A stretch of 64,000 bases of DNA. It comes from Bacteroidales bacterium UBA4772. GTDB taxonomy: Bacteria > Bacteroidota > Bacteroidia > Bacteroidales > VadinHA17. Shown here piece by piece: positions 55,416-64,000 of the stretch (positions are counted from its first letter, which is position 1; each line of letters opens with the position of its first letter). The position numbers and the translations under genes are program-made. The DNA lies in NCBI GenBank assembly GCA_002403305.1, contig DHHM01000023.1, positions 1,365 through 65,364 on the forward strand, given 5' to 3'. Below the pieces are notes generated by a model. It ran no database searches and was not told the DNA's origin. It worked only from the letters and a program-made list of their open reading frames with translations.

Positions 55416-57026
55416 ATGAAAAAGTCAATATTATATGGTCTCTTCTTTCTGGCTTTGATGGTTGCAGGCTCATCATGTACACAGGAGTTCCTTGAGCTTG
55501 AACCAAAGACCGGCCAGGTAGAAGCCAACTACTACAAAACGGAGGGAGATGCCTTCCTCGCTGTCACGGCAGTGTATGATGCATACTCCGTACAGAACTG
55601 GCAGTTTGTCCCCACCATGTCGGATATATGGTCTGACGATGCTTTCTGCGGCGGATCCGATGCTTCGGACATGAGCCAGTGGCAGGATATGGAGATGTTC
55701 AAGATGGAACCTGAGAACAACTCATCTTCTGATCTGTGGAACCGTTGTTATTCAGGTATCTACAGGGCAAACCTCTATCTGCAGAAGCAGGAGGATATTG
55801 CCTGGGAGACTGATGGCCTCAAGACACGTTTTGAGGGTGAGGTCAAGTTCCTGAGGGCCTACTTCTACTGGGATCTGGTCCGTCATTTCGGATGGGTGCC
55901 CATGATAACAGAGGTGCTCCCGGATGTCGAAGAGTACAAGAATGTTGCACAGAGCACTCCGAATGAGATATTCAGCCTGATTGCCTCAGATCTTCTTGAT
56001 GCCGTCTCTGCCCTGCCGGTAACCATTCCTGCAGCCGAAAAGGGACGGGTATCCAAAGGGGCTGCCCAGGCTCTTGCGGCACGCATATACCTGTATCACA
56101 CAGGCATGAGCGCCATCAGCGGACTGGGCCTTACGGCAGATCAGTGGAGCAACGGAACAACAGCAATCAACAAGGCCTGGGTGCAATCGGCTCTCGACCA
56201 GGTAATTCTGAGTGAACAGTATTCACTTGTACCTGACTATGCCGACCTGTTCGACTGGGACAACCAGAATAACAGCGAAGGCGTTCTCGAAATACAGTAT
56301 TCAGACAAGGCAAAGTCAGGCGACTGGGGAGGCTGGAACATAAACGGCAACTTCTCATCCGTGTGGATCAGCATACGTAACCCCCAGGGTGACGCCACCG
56401 TTTTCCCGGGATGGTCGTTTTCCATTCCCACATGGAGCCTGGCTGATGCATTTGAACCCGGCGACCCCAGGAAATATGTCACCCTCTATGATGCTGAGAC
56501 GCTCCTGACCGATTATAACCGGGCCTTCATGAATACAGGCTATTTCAACAAGAAGTATATGGCGCGTGCCGACTACCAGGGTTCGGGCGGCGACCCGAGC
56601 CATAACTTCCCCCGCAACCACATGGATATCAGGTTTGCCGATGTGCTGATGATGGCAGCAGAGGTATGGCTGGCTGACGATCCGGGCAAGGCTGCAGGGT
56701 ACTATAACAGGGTCAGGACCAGGTCTCTGGGTGAAGCAGCAGCCAGGGAGACGATAACTCTTGATGACATCTACCATGAAAGACGTGTGGAATTCGGGGG
56801 AGAGGGTCTCAGGAAGTGGGATCTTCTCAGGAGAGGACTCACCTATTCTGAGCAGATGATCAATGCCAGCTTCGTGGTCCCTTCGGGCACACCCAATGCC
56901 GGCGACTTCGGCAACCGAACCTTCAAGTCTGACTCATGGGGTATGTTCCCCATACCTGCCGGCGAGATCAGGAATATGAACTCAGGCGTCCTCAAACAGA
57001 TGGTTCCGGCCTACGCAGGTTTATAA
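55416..57026 (+). CDS. susD: SusD/RagB-family glycan-binding lipoprotein
   Basis: Lipobox VAGSSCTQEFLE. It lies immediately downstream of susC, with SusD-like TPR-ish helices and ERRVEFGGEGLRKWDLLR. Confidence 0.9.
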   Translation: MKKSILYGLFFLALMVAGSSCTQEFLELEPKTGQVEANYYKTEGDAFLAVTAVYDAYSVQNWQFVPTMSDIWSDDAFCGGSDASDMSQWQDMEMFKMEPENNSSSDLWNRCYSGIYRANLYLQKQEDIAWETDGLKTRFEGEVKFLRAYFYWDLVRHFGWVPMITEVLPDVEEYKNVAQSTPNEIFSLIASDLLDAVSALPVTIPAAEKGRVSKGAAQALAARIYLYHTGMSAISGLGLTADQWSNGTTAINKAWVQSALDQVILSEQYSLVPDYADLFDWDNQNNSEGVLEIQYSDKAKSGDWGGWNINGNFSSVWISIRNPQGDATVFPGWSFSIPTWSLADAFEPGDPRKYVTLYDAETLLTDYNRAFMNTGYFNKKYMARADYQGSGGDPSHNFPRNHMDIRFADVLMMAAEVWLADDPGKAAGYYNRVRTRSLGEAAARETITLDDIYHERRVEFGGEGLRKWDLLRRGLTYSEQMINASFVVPSGTPNAGDFGNRTFKSDSWGMFPIPAGEIRNMNSGVLKQMVPAYAGL

Positions 57027-57045
57027 ACTTCTTTAAAATCAAAGA

Positions 57046-58809
57046 ATGATGAAAATGTATAAACATATAACCAGACTTGCAGGCGTACTGGCATTATTGC
57101 TGATGATAACTGCCTGTGAACCGCAGCTGGCAGATAAACCCGATATCGGTGCAGCACCGACGGCTGACCAGCTCGATATTTCAATTGCGCCAGGAAGTGA
57201 TGCGTTCAACTTTGTGATAACGAACACCTCGGCCGTTACCGGCATTGCCTCATGGGATTTCGGTAACGGAACCAAGGGAAGCGGCAAGTCAAATGTTGTC
57301 AGGTATCCGATGCCCGGAGACTACAGCGTGAAGCTTACCCTTGTCACCCGCGGCGGCACAGCTACCATTACCAAAACGCTGACGCAGACTGAGACCGACT
57401 TCTCTATCTTTACAGACCCGGTATATGTCAATCTTACGGGAGGTGTTGATGCCACTGAAGGAAAAACATGGGTTCTGGATGCAGGCACCAAGGGACACCT
57501 TGGAGTGGGCGACGCCAACGGGCTCGGAAATGGCCTCGAGTGGTGGTCTGCCGATCCTTATGTCAAGAGCGGAACAGGAGCATATGACGATGAACTGACG
57601 TTCATTCTCACTGATTTTGTTGTGAAATATGACAATAAGGGTGTCAGCTACGTCAAGGGATACATGAAGGATGACCCGGCTCTGGCTTCAGTATATCTGA
57701 ACCCGCGTCTGAACAAGGACGACTGGGATGTTGACTATGTCACTCCAACCTTCGGAAACTGGTCCATCGTGGAAGAGGGCGGAACTTATTATATTACCAT
57801 CAACAGTACCAAGCCCATTCATCCGGGACTTGACGTCGGGGCCAAAGACAACAAATACCGTATAGTTCAGGTATCGGAGAACCTGCTGGAGCTCACCTGC
57901 TACAGCGCCTACGAAAACTGGACGATGTGGCATTACTATCTGATTCCCAAAGGGTATGAGCGTCCAACGATCACCTATACCGTAAACGCCACTGAAGGGA
58001 CCGACAATGAAGTGTCATGTTCGGTAACTGATTATTCAATACCGGACGGACAGCGTGTTACTGGTATCACCTGGGACTTCGGCGACGGCAGCGATGAGGT
58101 TACAGGTGGCAAGGATGAGGTGGTGAATCATGTCTACATGCGTAAGGGCACATATACCGTTACTGCAAAGATCAACTCCAGTCTCGGAGTGCTCACCGGC
58201 ACGCAGCAGATTGTCCTTGCCAATAACAACTCGGCATATGTGGAGTTCCTGCTTGACATGATGATCGTTTACAACGACTTCAGTGAGGTGCAGGTCTTCC
58301 CGGTGCTTGGTCAGGATTGCAGCGTCACTGCCGTTGACAACCCTTACAAGGAGTATCCCAACAAGTCGGCAAAAGTGGCTTACTACACCAAAACCAATAA
58401 CCAGTGGGCCAATGCATACATGCAGCTCAGTCCGGGCTTCAGGTTTGACCTCAGGCTCCAGCAGGTCTTTAAAGTCATGGTTTATGGTAACGCCGGTGAC
58501 CAGATACTTCTTAAACTGGAAAATACCGACAGGGGTGGTAATGCATGGCAGACCGGAACATATGACCTTATTTATACCATACAGAAGGACAATACCTGGG
58601 AAGTGGCAGAGTATGACTTCAACGGTGTTGGCGCCGGATGGGACTGGACAGGTGATATCTTCACATCAAACATCGTCGCGGATGACAACTTCAACCATGA
58701 CTTTTACAATGTGGTGAGGATCATGTGCAACCCGGGCGTAGGTGACGGCACCCATTCATTCTACTTTGACGAACTGTCAGGACCTCATGTGGAGGGTATC
58801 CATAAATAG
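57046..58809 (+). CDS. PKD-domain surface lipoprotein (SusE/F-position glycan-binding candidate)
   Basis: Lipobox LLMITACE. Two PKD-like segments (WDFGNGTKGSG; WDFGDGSDEVTG...YTVTAKI) are followed by a roughly 200-aa beta-sandwich-like C-terminus. Confidence 0.7.
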   Translation: MMKMYKHITRLAGVLALLLMITACEPQLADKPDIGAAPTADQLDISIAPGSDAFNFVITNTSAVTGIASWDFGNGTKGSGKSNVVRYPMPGDYSVKLTLVTRGGTATITKTLTQTETDFSIFTDPVYVNLTGGVDATEGKTWVLDAGTKGHLGVGDANGLGNGLEWWSADPYVKSGTGAYDDELTFILTDFVVKYDNKGVSYVKGYMKDDPALASVYLNPRLNKDDWDVDYVTPTFGNWSIVEEGGTYYITINSTKPIHPGLDVGAKDNKYRIVQVSENLLELTCYSAYENWTMWHYYLIPKGYERPTITYTVNATEGTDNEVSCSVTDYSIPDGQRVTGITWDFGDGSDEVTGGKDEVVNHVYMRKGTYTVTAKINSSLGVLTGTQQIVLANNNSAYVEFLLDMMIVYNDFSEVQVFPVLGQDCSVTAVDNPYKEYPNKSAKVAYYTKTNNQWANAYMQLSPGFRFDLRLQQVFKVMVYGNAGDQILLKLENTDRGGNAWQTGTYDLIYTIQKDNTWEVAEYDFNGVGAGWDWTGDIFTSNIVADDNFNHDFYNVVRIMCNPGVGDGTHSFYFDELSGPHVEGIHK

Positions 58810-58820
58810 TTGATTATGCA

Positions 58821-58866
58821 AGTCATTGCCTGCCTTTTGAGCGGGCAGGCAATGACTTTTTTTCTT
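58821..58866 (+). terminator. Strong rho-independent terminator after the PKD gene
   Basis: 14-bp stem AGTCATTGCCTGCC / GGCAGGCAATGACT, 9-nt loop, then TTTTTTTCTTT. Confidence 0.85.
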
Positions 58867-58896
58867 TCAGACCCTGAAGATGAGCTCACCCGATAA

Positions 58897-61524
58897 ATGA
58901 CAGTTCAATCATTTACAGCCATGTTACTAAATAACTGCAGGAGAATAGTTTTAGTGCTGGCTATTATGTTTCCAACGCTCAGCCTCTCCGGACAGTTTAA
59001 ATCAATTGGTGTCCCTGAAATTTGGAATATCGGTCGAAGTGAGTACAGGGGGGGCACTAAGAACTGGAATATCGTTGATGATGAGCAGGGTAATATATAT
59101 GTAGCAAATAACAACGGAATACTGCGGTTTGACGGGGAGGACCGGGAGACATTTCCTGCATCCAATAATTCGATTGTTAGGTCGCTGGCATTCGGTTCTG
59201 ATAATAGGTTGTATGTCGGTGCATATAATGAAATAGGAGTTCTTGACAGATCTGCCGAAACAGGAATCAGATATAGTTCCTTAAATCATCTTATCCCGGA
59301 AAATGCAAGGAATTTTGATGATGTATGGAACATTTACCAGACCAGGTTTGGGGTCGTTTTCCAGAGTTTTGAATCCATTTTCATCTATAAAAACAACACT
59401 GTTCATGTTATCAGGCCCGGGGAGAGATTCGGCAACTCCTTCTACGTCAAGAATAATTATTATGTAGTTGAGGTAGGGGTGGGACTGAGGATGCTGGTTG
59501 ATGGTGGCCTGGAGACTATCACTGATGATTCTCTTTTCACACAGGATGAAATTCAGTCGCTTACTCCGGTAAATGCGAACGATCTTCTTGTAGGAACAAT
59601 GAACAACGGGTTGTTTGTGCTCTCAGGTCAGACCATGCAACCCTGGGATACCGAAATTTCTGAAGAGCTGAAAAAATCCAAGCTTTATTGCGGGTCTGTC
59701 CATAAAAGCACCTTCATGTTCGGAACCATTAAGAGCGGACTGTTTGTGGTGAATGAGAGAGGAGAGATCCGGGAGCATCTGAACAGATCCAACGGCTTGC
59801 AGAACAACACCGTTCTGTCACTGTTTGTTGATCGTCAGGATAATGTCTGGCTTGGACTTGACATTGGGATTGATTTTCTTAAATCAAGTCTCCCGACTTC
59901 CGTTATAAATGACGGATTGATAATCTTTGAAAAAGGCAGGGATGGAAGATGGAAGTTCAGAAACAGAGTTCAGGGGTTTGATATCTCATCAAAGGATCTG
60001 ATTCTGAGAAATAACAACTGGCCCTGGATGAGCCACGGATATTTGGGGCTTTTCCATATTCATATCAATGAAAGCCTTGACTCTGTTATCCTTGTCAGGG
60101 AATACCGCGGCACCGGCAACCTGCATGAGGAGTTGCCCTACATCTTACATACAAGATCAGACGACTTCTTCATCTCAACCAGTCAGGGGATTTACCAGTT
60201 TGATGAGCAGAAAGAGCTTTTCTATAAACCCGAAGAGCTGAATGAATTCTTTAATGACTTCACGCTTATATATTTTCTGAAGGAAGACCGCAACCGTAAT
60301 TTATGGTATTCAGCCCGTGAGGGGATGGGTGTCTTCAGACTCCTGGAGGATGGAACTTTTACCAATATTTCGACACCGTTTCTGGACCTTAATGATACTC
60401 GTGTTTCACCGTTTGACAATATCTATATCCAGGATCCGGCCAATATATTCATAGGTACACAGAAGGGACTTGTTCATTATGACCCATCGATCTACAAGAA
60501 CTATTTCAATGAGATGCATGTTTACCTAAACAGGGTAACTGTTTCCTCAAAGCGTGAAGATTCGTTATATTATTTCTCCTGCAACTCACATTTTGCTGAG
60601 CGTGAGATTGATGACCAGTTTGCATTGCCCTGGTCGTGGAACAACATCTCCTTCAGGTTCAATTCTCCGGATATGGAGAATGCCGGACACATTGAGTACA
60701 GTTATCGCCTGATGAATTTTGATGATGACTGGTCCGATTGGTCAATGTTAAACAGCAAGGAGTACACCAATCTGCACGAAGGGGATTACTGTTTTGAGGT
60801 GAAAGCAAGAAACATATACGGGAATGTCAGCGCTGAGGATAGTTTTTGCTTCACTGTTGAACCTCCCTTCTCCAGGTCATATAAGGCTCTGATATTATAT
60901 TTTCTCTTGTTTTCCGCTATCATTCTGGCCTCTGCATATCTCTACCTGAGAAGAATAGAGAGGGTGAGGTTACAAGAGAAGAACAGGCAGTTAAATGCAT
61001 TCAAAAAGACAGAGCAGACGCTTGAGGAGCAGAAACTGGCGGCAGAAGCAGAGGTGATGCAACTCAAAAACGAAAGATTGCAGTCTGAGATGAAGCATAA
61101 GAACAAGGAGCTGACTTCGGCTGCCTATCACATCATACAGAAGAATAAATTCCTGAACTCCCTTAAACAGGAATTGTCAGCATTGATCCAGAATGCCAAA
61201 AATGAATCTGTGGTAGCTGATCTGAAAAAGATCAGCCGTAAGATAGACCGGGACATTCAAAATGAAAAGAGCTGGGAGGTCTTTGACCGATACTTTGATG
61301 AAGTCCATCAGGAATTCCATTCCCGACTCAGAAATCTTCATCCGGAACTAACCCCTGGTGAATTAAGGCTTTGCAGCTACCTGCGGATGAATGTTACAAC
61401 CAAGGAGATTGCTCCCCTGATGAATATTTCAATACGTGGCGTTGAGATCAGCAGGTATCGACTGAGGAAAAAGCTGAAACTGGATCAGAGTGCCAATCTC
61501 GTGGATTACCTGATGCAAATCTGA
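58897..61524 (+). CDS. Second propeller/Y_Y_Y/LuxR-HTH sensor-regulator, paralog of 49033-52041
   Basis: Colinear with the first regulator: IGRSEYRGGTKNWNI; YSYRLMNFDDDWSDW...DYCFEVKARN; TM ALILYFLLFSAIILASAYLYL; HTH LTPGELRLCSYLRMNVTTKEIAPLMNISIRGVEISRYRLRKKL. It lacks about 100 aa of the sensor domain. Confidence 0.8.
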   Translation: MTVQSFTAMLLNNCRRIVLVLAIMFPTLSLSGQFKSIGVPEIWNIGRSEYRGGTKNWNIVDDEQGNIYVANNNGILRFDGEDRETFPASNNSIVRSLAFGSDNRLYVGAYNEIGVLDRSAETGIRYSSLNHLIPENARNFDDVWNIYQTRFGVVFQSFESIFIYKNNTVHVIRPGERFGNSFYVKNNYYVVEVGVGLRMLVDGGLETITDDSLFTQDEIQSLTPVNANDLLVGTMNNGLFVLSGQTMQPWDTEISEELKKSKLYCGSVHKSTFMFGTIKSGLFVVNERGEIREHLNRSNGLQNNTVLSLFVDRQDNVWLGLDIGIDFLKSSLPTSVINDGLIIFEKGRDGRWKFRNRVQGFDISSKDLILRNNNWPWMSHGYLGLFHIHINESLDSVILVREYRGTGNLHEELPYILHTRSDDFFISTSQGIYQFDEQKELFYKPEELNEFFNDFTLIYFLKEDRNRNLWYSAREGMGVFRLLEDGTFTNISTPFLDLNDTRVSPFDNIYIQDPANIFIGTQKGLVHYDPSIYKNYFNEMHVYLNRVTVSSKREDSLYYFSCNSHFAEREIDDQFALPWSWNNISFRFNSPDMENAGHIEYSYRLMNFDDDWSDWSMLNSKEYTNLHEGDYCFEVKARNIYGNVSAEDSFCFTVEPPFSRSYKALILYFLLFSAIILASAYLYLRRIERVRLQEKNRQLNAFKKTEQTLEEQKLAAEAEVMQLKNERLQSEMKHKNKELTSAAYHIIQKNKFLNSLKQELSALIQNAKNESVVADLKKISRKIDRDIQNEKSWEVFDRYFDEVHQEFHSRLRNLHPELTPGELRLCSYLRMNVTTKEIAPLMNISIRGVEISRYRLRKKLKLDQSANLVDYLMQI

Positions 61525-61645
61525 GGCAGGGTCAGAGGGCCAGTCCCGAGGATTATCCAATGCAGGATGTACCAGACATGCAAGTGAACTTTTACCGTGA
61601 TGAGAAACAACAGAGTACGCAGACAATCTCAAACCTGATAATAAT

Positions 61646-61834
61646 ATGAGAAAAAATCTCCTGTTTCTGCGATATTTAATTCTTTTATTTACAGTGACAT
61701 CTGCCGTTAGCGCACAGGCTGATCAGGTTACAGTTGTAAGGCGAGATGAAGGAATCAAGCTGGCAGTAAACGGCCGGGATATTTTGAGAATTGTCAGAAG
61801 TGTTGAACATCTTCCCATAATATTCTTCCTATGA
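61646..61834 (+). pseudogene. N-terminal fragment of a secreted glycoside hydrolase-like gene
   Basis: Signal peptide plus QVTVVRRDEGIKLAVNGRD, a typical start of secreted Bacteroidota GH proteins. It then runs into unrelated sequence and a stop after 62 codons. Confidence 0.45.
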
Positions 61835-62154
61835 ATCATTACGTAACAGATGAGAAAGACAGAGTGCCCATGTTGCAGAAAGCGGCTATTGGTGCCGGCC
61901 ATCTGGTTAACAACCTGCTGCCGGGAGCACTATCTTACCATCTCCACGACTGGATTGCCAAAAACAGGGTAACCACATTCCTTTTTGAGGCATTTGATGA
62001 ACCCTGGAAGGGCGGAGGCGACAGTTCAGAGTCGGATGAAGTAGAAAAACACTGGGGTGTCTTTTATGAAAACCGCCAGCCAAAACCATCATTCAGCAAT
62101 TATCTGAAGCATTATGAGGCATCCCTGATTGCCGGGAAACGCAAACACACATAA
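61831..62154 (+). pseudogene. Chimeric fragment: transporter-like N-terminus fused to a GH17-like C-terminus
   Basis: The first roughly 35 aa (KDRVPMLQKAAIGAGHLVNNLLPGAL) resemble the start of GPH/MFS sugar transporters. The last roughly 65 aa (TTFLFEAFDEPWKGG...EKHWGVFYENRQPK) resemble a GH17-type C-terminus. At 107 aa it is far too short for either. Confidence 0.5.
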
Positions 62155-62204
62155 ATTATAGTGCGGAGGTTCCATCCGACCTTTGAAAATTATATCTTGT
62201 ACGG

Positions 62205-64000
62205 ATGAAAAGAGAGAATATACAACTGGGCGGGACTGTTCTGTTAAATACAGAAAAAAGCGTTCAGGGGAGCTTTGTGGAGATTGACGGAGAGAAGTTT
62301 TACCGGATCGCCGGCTACAATCAGATGCCGGATTTCTTTATGACAGTAGTCAGTGACTCTGATCACTGGATATTTATTTCGAGCAACGGATCACTGACAG
62401 CGGGCAGAAAGGACCGTGATCATGCCCTCTTTCCATATTATTCGGATGATAAGATCCATGACTACTGCGGTCTGACGGGAAGCAAAACCGTTATTCTGGC
62501 ACAGAGAGGCGCAAATACCTACCTGTGGCAACCGTTCTCCAAAGAGCTGACGGCCATATACCGCACCGACCGGAACCTGCTGAAAAGTACCCATAGCAAC
62601 AAGATTATCTTTAAGGAGAGAAATCTGGATCTGGGACTGGAGTTTCAATACGGTTGGTTCACCAGCGACAAATATGGATTTGTCAGGAAATCAAGACTTG
62701 TAAACATTGACGGGGAGCCGGTCAGGGTATGTCTTCTGGATGGCATACTTAATATCCTGCCAGCCGGTGCAGACTATAATTTCCAGAATGAATACAGCAA
62801 CCTGCTCGATGGATACAAGAAGAGTGAGCTGATAGAAGAGACCGGGCTGGGGTTATTCATGCTCAGCTCCATACCTGTTGACAAGGCGGAACCGAGTGAA
62901 TCGCTAAACGCCACAACTGTATGGTCTTACGGGTTAACGGAGAGTAAGGTGCTTCTTTCTGACAGGCAGATTGACCGGTTTGAGGCGGGACTTCCTGTTG
63001 AGACAGAAACTGACATCAGAGCCACCCGGGGTGCATATCTGCTCAATGCAGACATTTTGCTGGAGGGTCACGACACAGCGGAGTGGATTATGGTCTGTGA
63101 GGTTGACCAGGGCACTGCTGATGTGGTAAACCTTGATCAATTCCTGAGGGAAGGAAATAACCTTGAGGAGCTGGTTGATGCAGACATCAGGAAAGGCACG
63201 GACAGGCTGGTCTCATTCGTTGCATCGGCTGACGGACTGCAGAAGAGCAGTGATGATCTCTGCACGGCGCGGCATTTCTCAAATACCCTCTTCAATATCA
63301 TGCGCGGAGGCATCTATATGAACAATTACTCTTTTTCTGTGGACGACCTCCTGAAATTTACAGGCTTGAGTGACAGGCGGGTTATGGCTCAAGCGGAAGC
63401 GCTTCTGGCAGTAAAAGATGCCGAAATCTCCCTGCAGGAGCTGAACCTTCTTGCAAAGCAGAGCGGTAACACCAGCTTGATTCGCATTTTCAGCGAATAC
63501 CTGCCGTTGACTTTCAGTCGCCGTCACGGTGACCCCAGCCGGCCATGGAATCAGTTCTCGATTGAAACCAAAAATGAAGACGGTTCACCGAAATTTGATT
63601 TCCAGGGAAACTGGCGTGATATTTTCCAGAACTGGGAGGCCCTGTGCATTTCGTTTCCGGAATTCACCGAAAGCATCATAAGCAAGTTCCTGAACGCGAC
63701 CACACCCGACGGCTATAATCCCTATCGCATAACACGCGACGGTATCGACTGGGAATATCCCGATCCTGATGACCCGTGGTCTTATATAGGCTATTGGGGG
63801 GATCACCAGATTATATACCTGCAGAAGCTTGCCGAACTGTCAGATATGTATCATCCCGGCAAAATTGACCGGATGCTGGCAGATGAGGTCTTTGCCTATG
63901 CCAATGTGCCCTATCGGATAAAGCCCTATTCTGATATTGTCCGGGATCCGAAGAATACCATAGACTTCGATAAGGAGCTGAATGACAGGGTTAATGCCTT
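62205..64000 (+). CDS. Large conserved-looking hypothetical protein, 3'-truncated by the window end (first 598 codons)
   Basis: Absent from the ORF track because no stop is reached. I hand-translated every codon from the ATG at 62205 to 64000 and found no stop. The sequence is protein-like, including RRHGDPSRPWNQFSIE and WSYIGYWGDHQIIYLQKL. No signal peptide. Confidence 0.7.
   Translation, partial: MKRENIQLGGTVLLNTEKSVQGSFVEIDGEKFYRIAGYNQMPDFFMTVVSDSDHWIFISSNGSLTAGRKDRDHALFPYYSDDKIHDYCGLTGSKTVILAQRGANTYLWQPFSKELTAIYRTDRNLLKSTHSNKIIFKERNLDLGLEFQYGWFTSDKYGFVRKSRLVNIDGEPVRVCLLDGILNILPAGADYNFQNEYSNLLDGYKKSELIEETGLGLFMLSSIPVDKAEPSESLNATTVWSYGLTESKVLLSDRQIDRFEAGLPVETETDIRATRGAYLLNADILLEGHDTAEWIMVCEVDQGTADVVNLDQFLREGNNLEELVDADIRKGTDRLVSFVASADGLQKSSDDLCTARHFSNTLFNIMRGGIYMNNYSFSVDDLLKFTGLSDRRVMAQAEALLAVKDAEISLQELNLLAKQSGNTSLIRIFSEYLPLTFSRRHGDPSRPWNQFSIETKNEDGSPKFDFQGNWRDIFQNWEALCISFPEFTESIISKFLNATTPDGYNPYRITRDGIDWEYPDPDDPWSYIGYWGDHQIIYLQKLAELSDMYHPGKIDRMLADEVFAYANVPYRIKPYSDIVRDPKNTIDFDKELNDRVNA

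Noticed and set aside
1-64000. Scan for mobile elements, prophage, tRNA/rRNA genes and att-like flanks
   Set aside because: No transposase, integrase, phage structural or tRNA-like sequence was recognised by eye. The deletions at 46326 and 61.6-62.2 kb have no visible IS scars. A tRNAscan/ISfinder run would be needed to exclude small elements.

Overview
The window reads as a mostly core chromosomal segment of an anaerobic Bacteroidota-type genome. Supporting signs are a SusC/SusD pair, the ftsK-lolA and nusB-DUF1573-yajC-ybbR-coaE gene orders, and TAnnTTTG -7 boxes. I can support about 50 protein genes.

Gene content by region:
- 0.2-3.2 kb: cell division and envelope (ftsK, lolA).
- 4.2-6.4 kb: carbamate kinase plus ornithine carbamoyltransferase.
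- 7-23 kb: housekeeping block (nusB, yajC, coaE, DnaJ/TerB protein, agmatinase, mazG, phoH, purC, LysM protein, TPR protein, patatin-Omp85 protein).
- 23.5-25.7 kb: YgiQ-type radical SAM gene.
- 25.4-29.9 kb: four-gene NADH-linked [FeFe] hydrogenase operon.
- 30-39.5 kb: peptidase-rich stretch (M28, PepT, DPP4-like S9, Xaa-Pro aminopeptidase) enclosing an uncharacterised zinc-ribbon membrane protein / HxxxDG acyltransferase pair.
- 39.8-49 kb: RRM RNA-binding protein, NhaD-type antiporter, beta-CASP MBL hydrolase, DUF47+PiT phosphate transport pair, nrfHA nitrite reductase, pyruvoyl arginine decarboxylase.
- 49-64 kb: a polysaccharide utilisation locus (SusC, SusD, PKD lipoprotein) flanked by two paralogous propeller/Y_Y_Y/LuxR-HTH regulators. 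It is followed by gene fragments and a large end-truncated ORF.

I recognised no rRNA, tRNA, CRISPR, transposase, integrase or phage genes, and no convincing novel multi-gene defence-type system.

The most unusual signals are:
1. A family of tandem heptanucleotide repeats hugging gene ends. They include a composite element in two direct copies bracketing argF, and an array inside the 3' end of ygiQ that determines which of three C-termini is read.
2. Two adjacent Rex-like 6-4-6 dyads upstream of the hydrogenase operon.
3. Three gene-decay junctions: a 5'-truncated GH35, a mosaic of GH/transporter fragments, and an in-frame sensor deletion in one PUL regulator.

All family assignments come from motif and sequence recall, not database searches.
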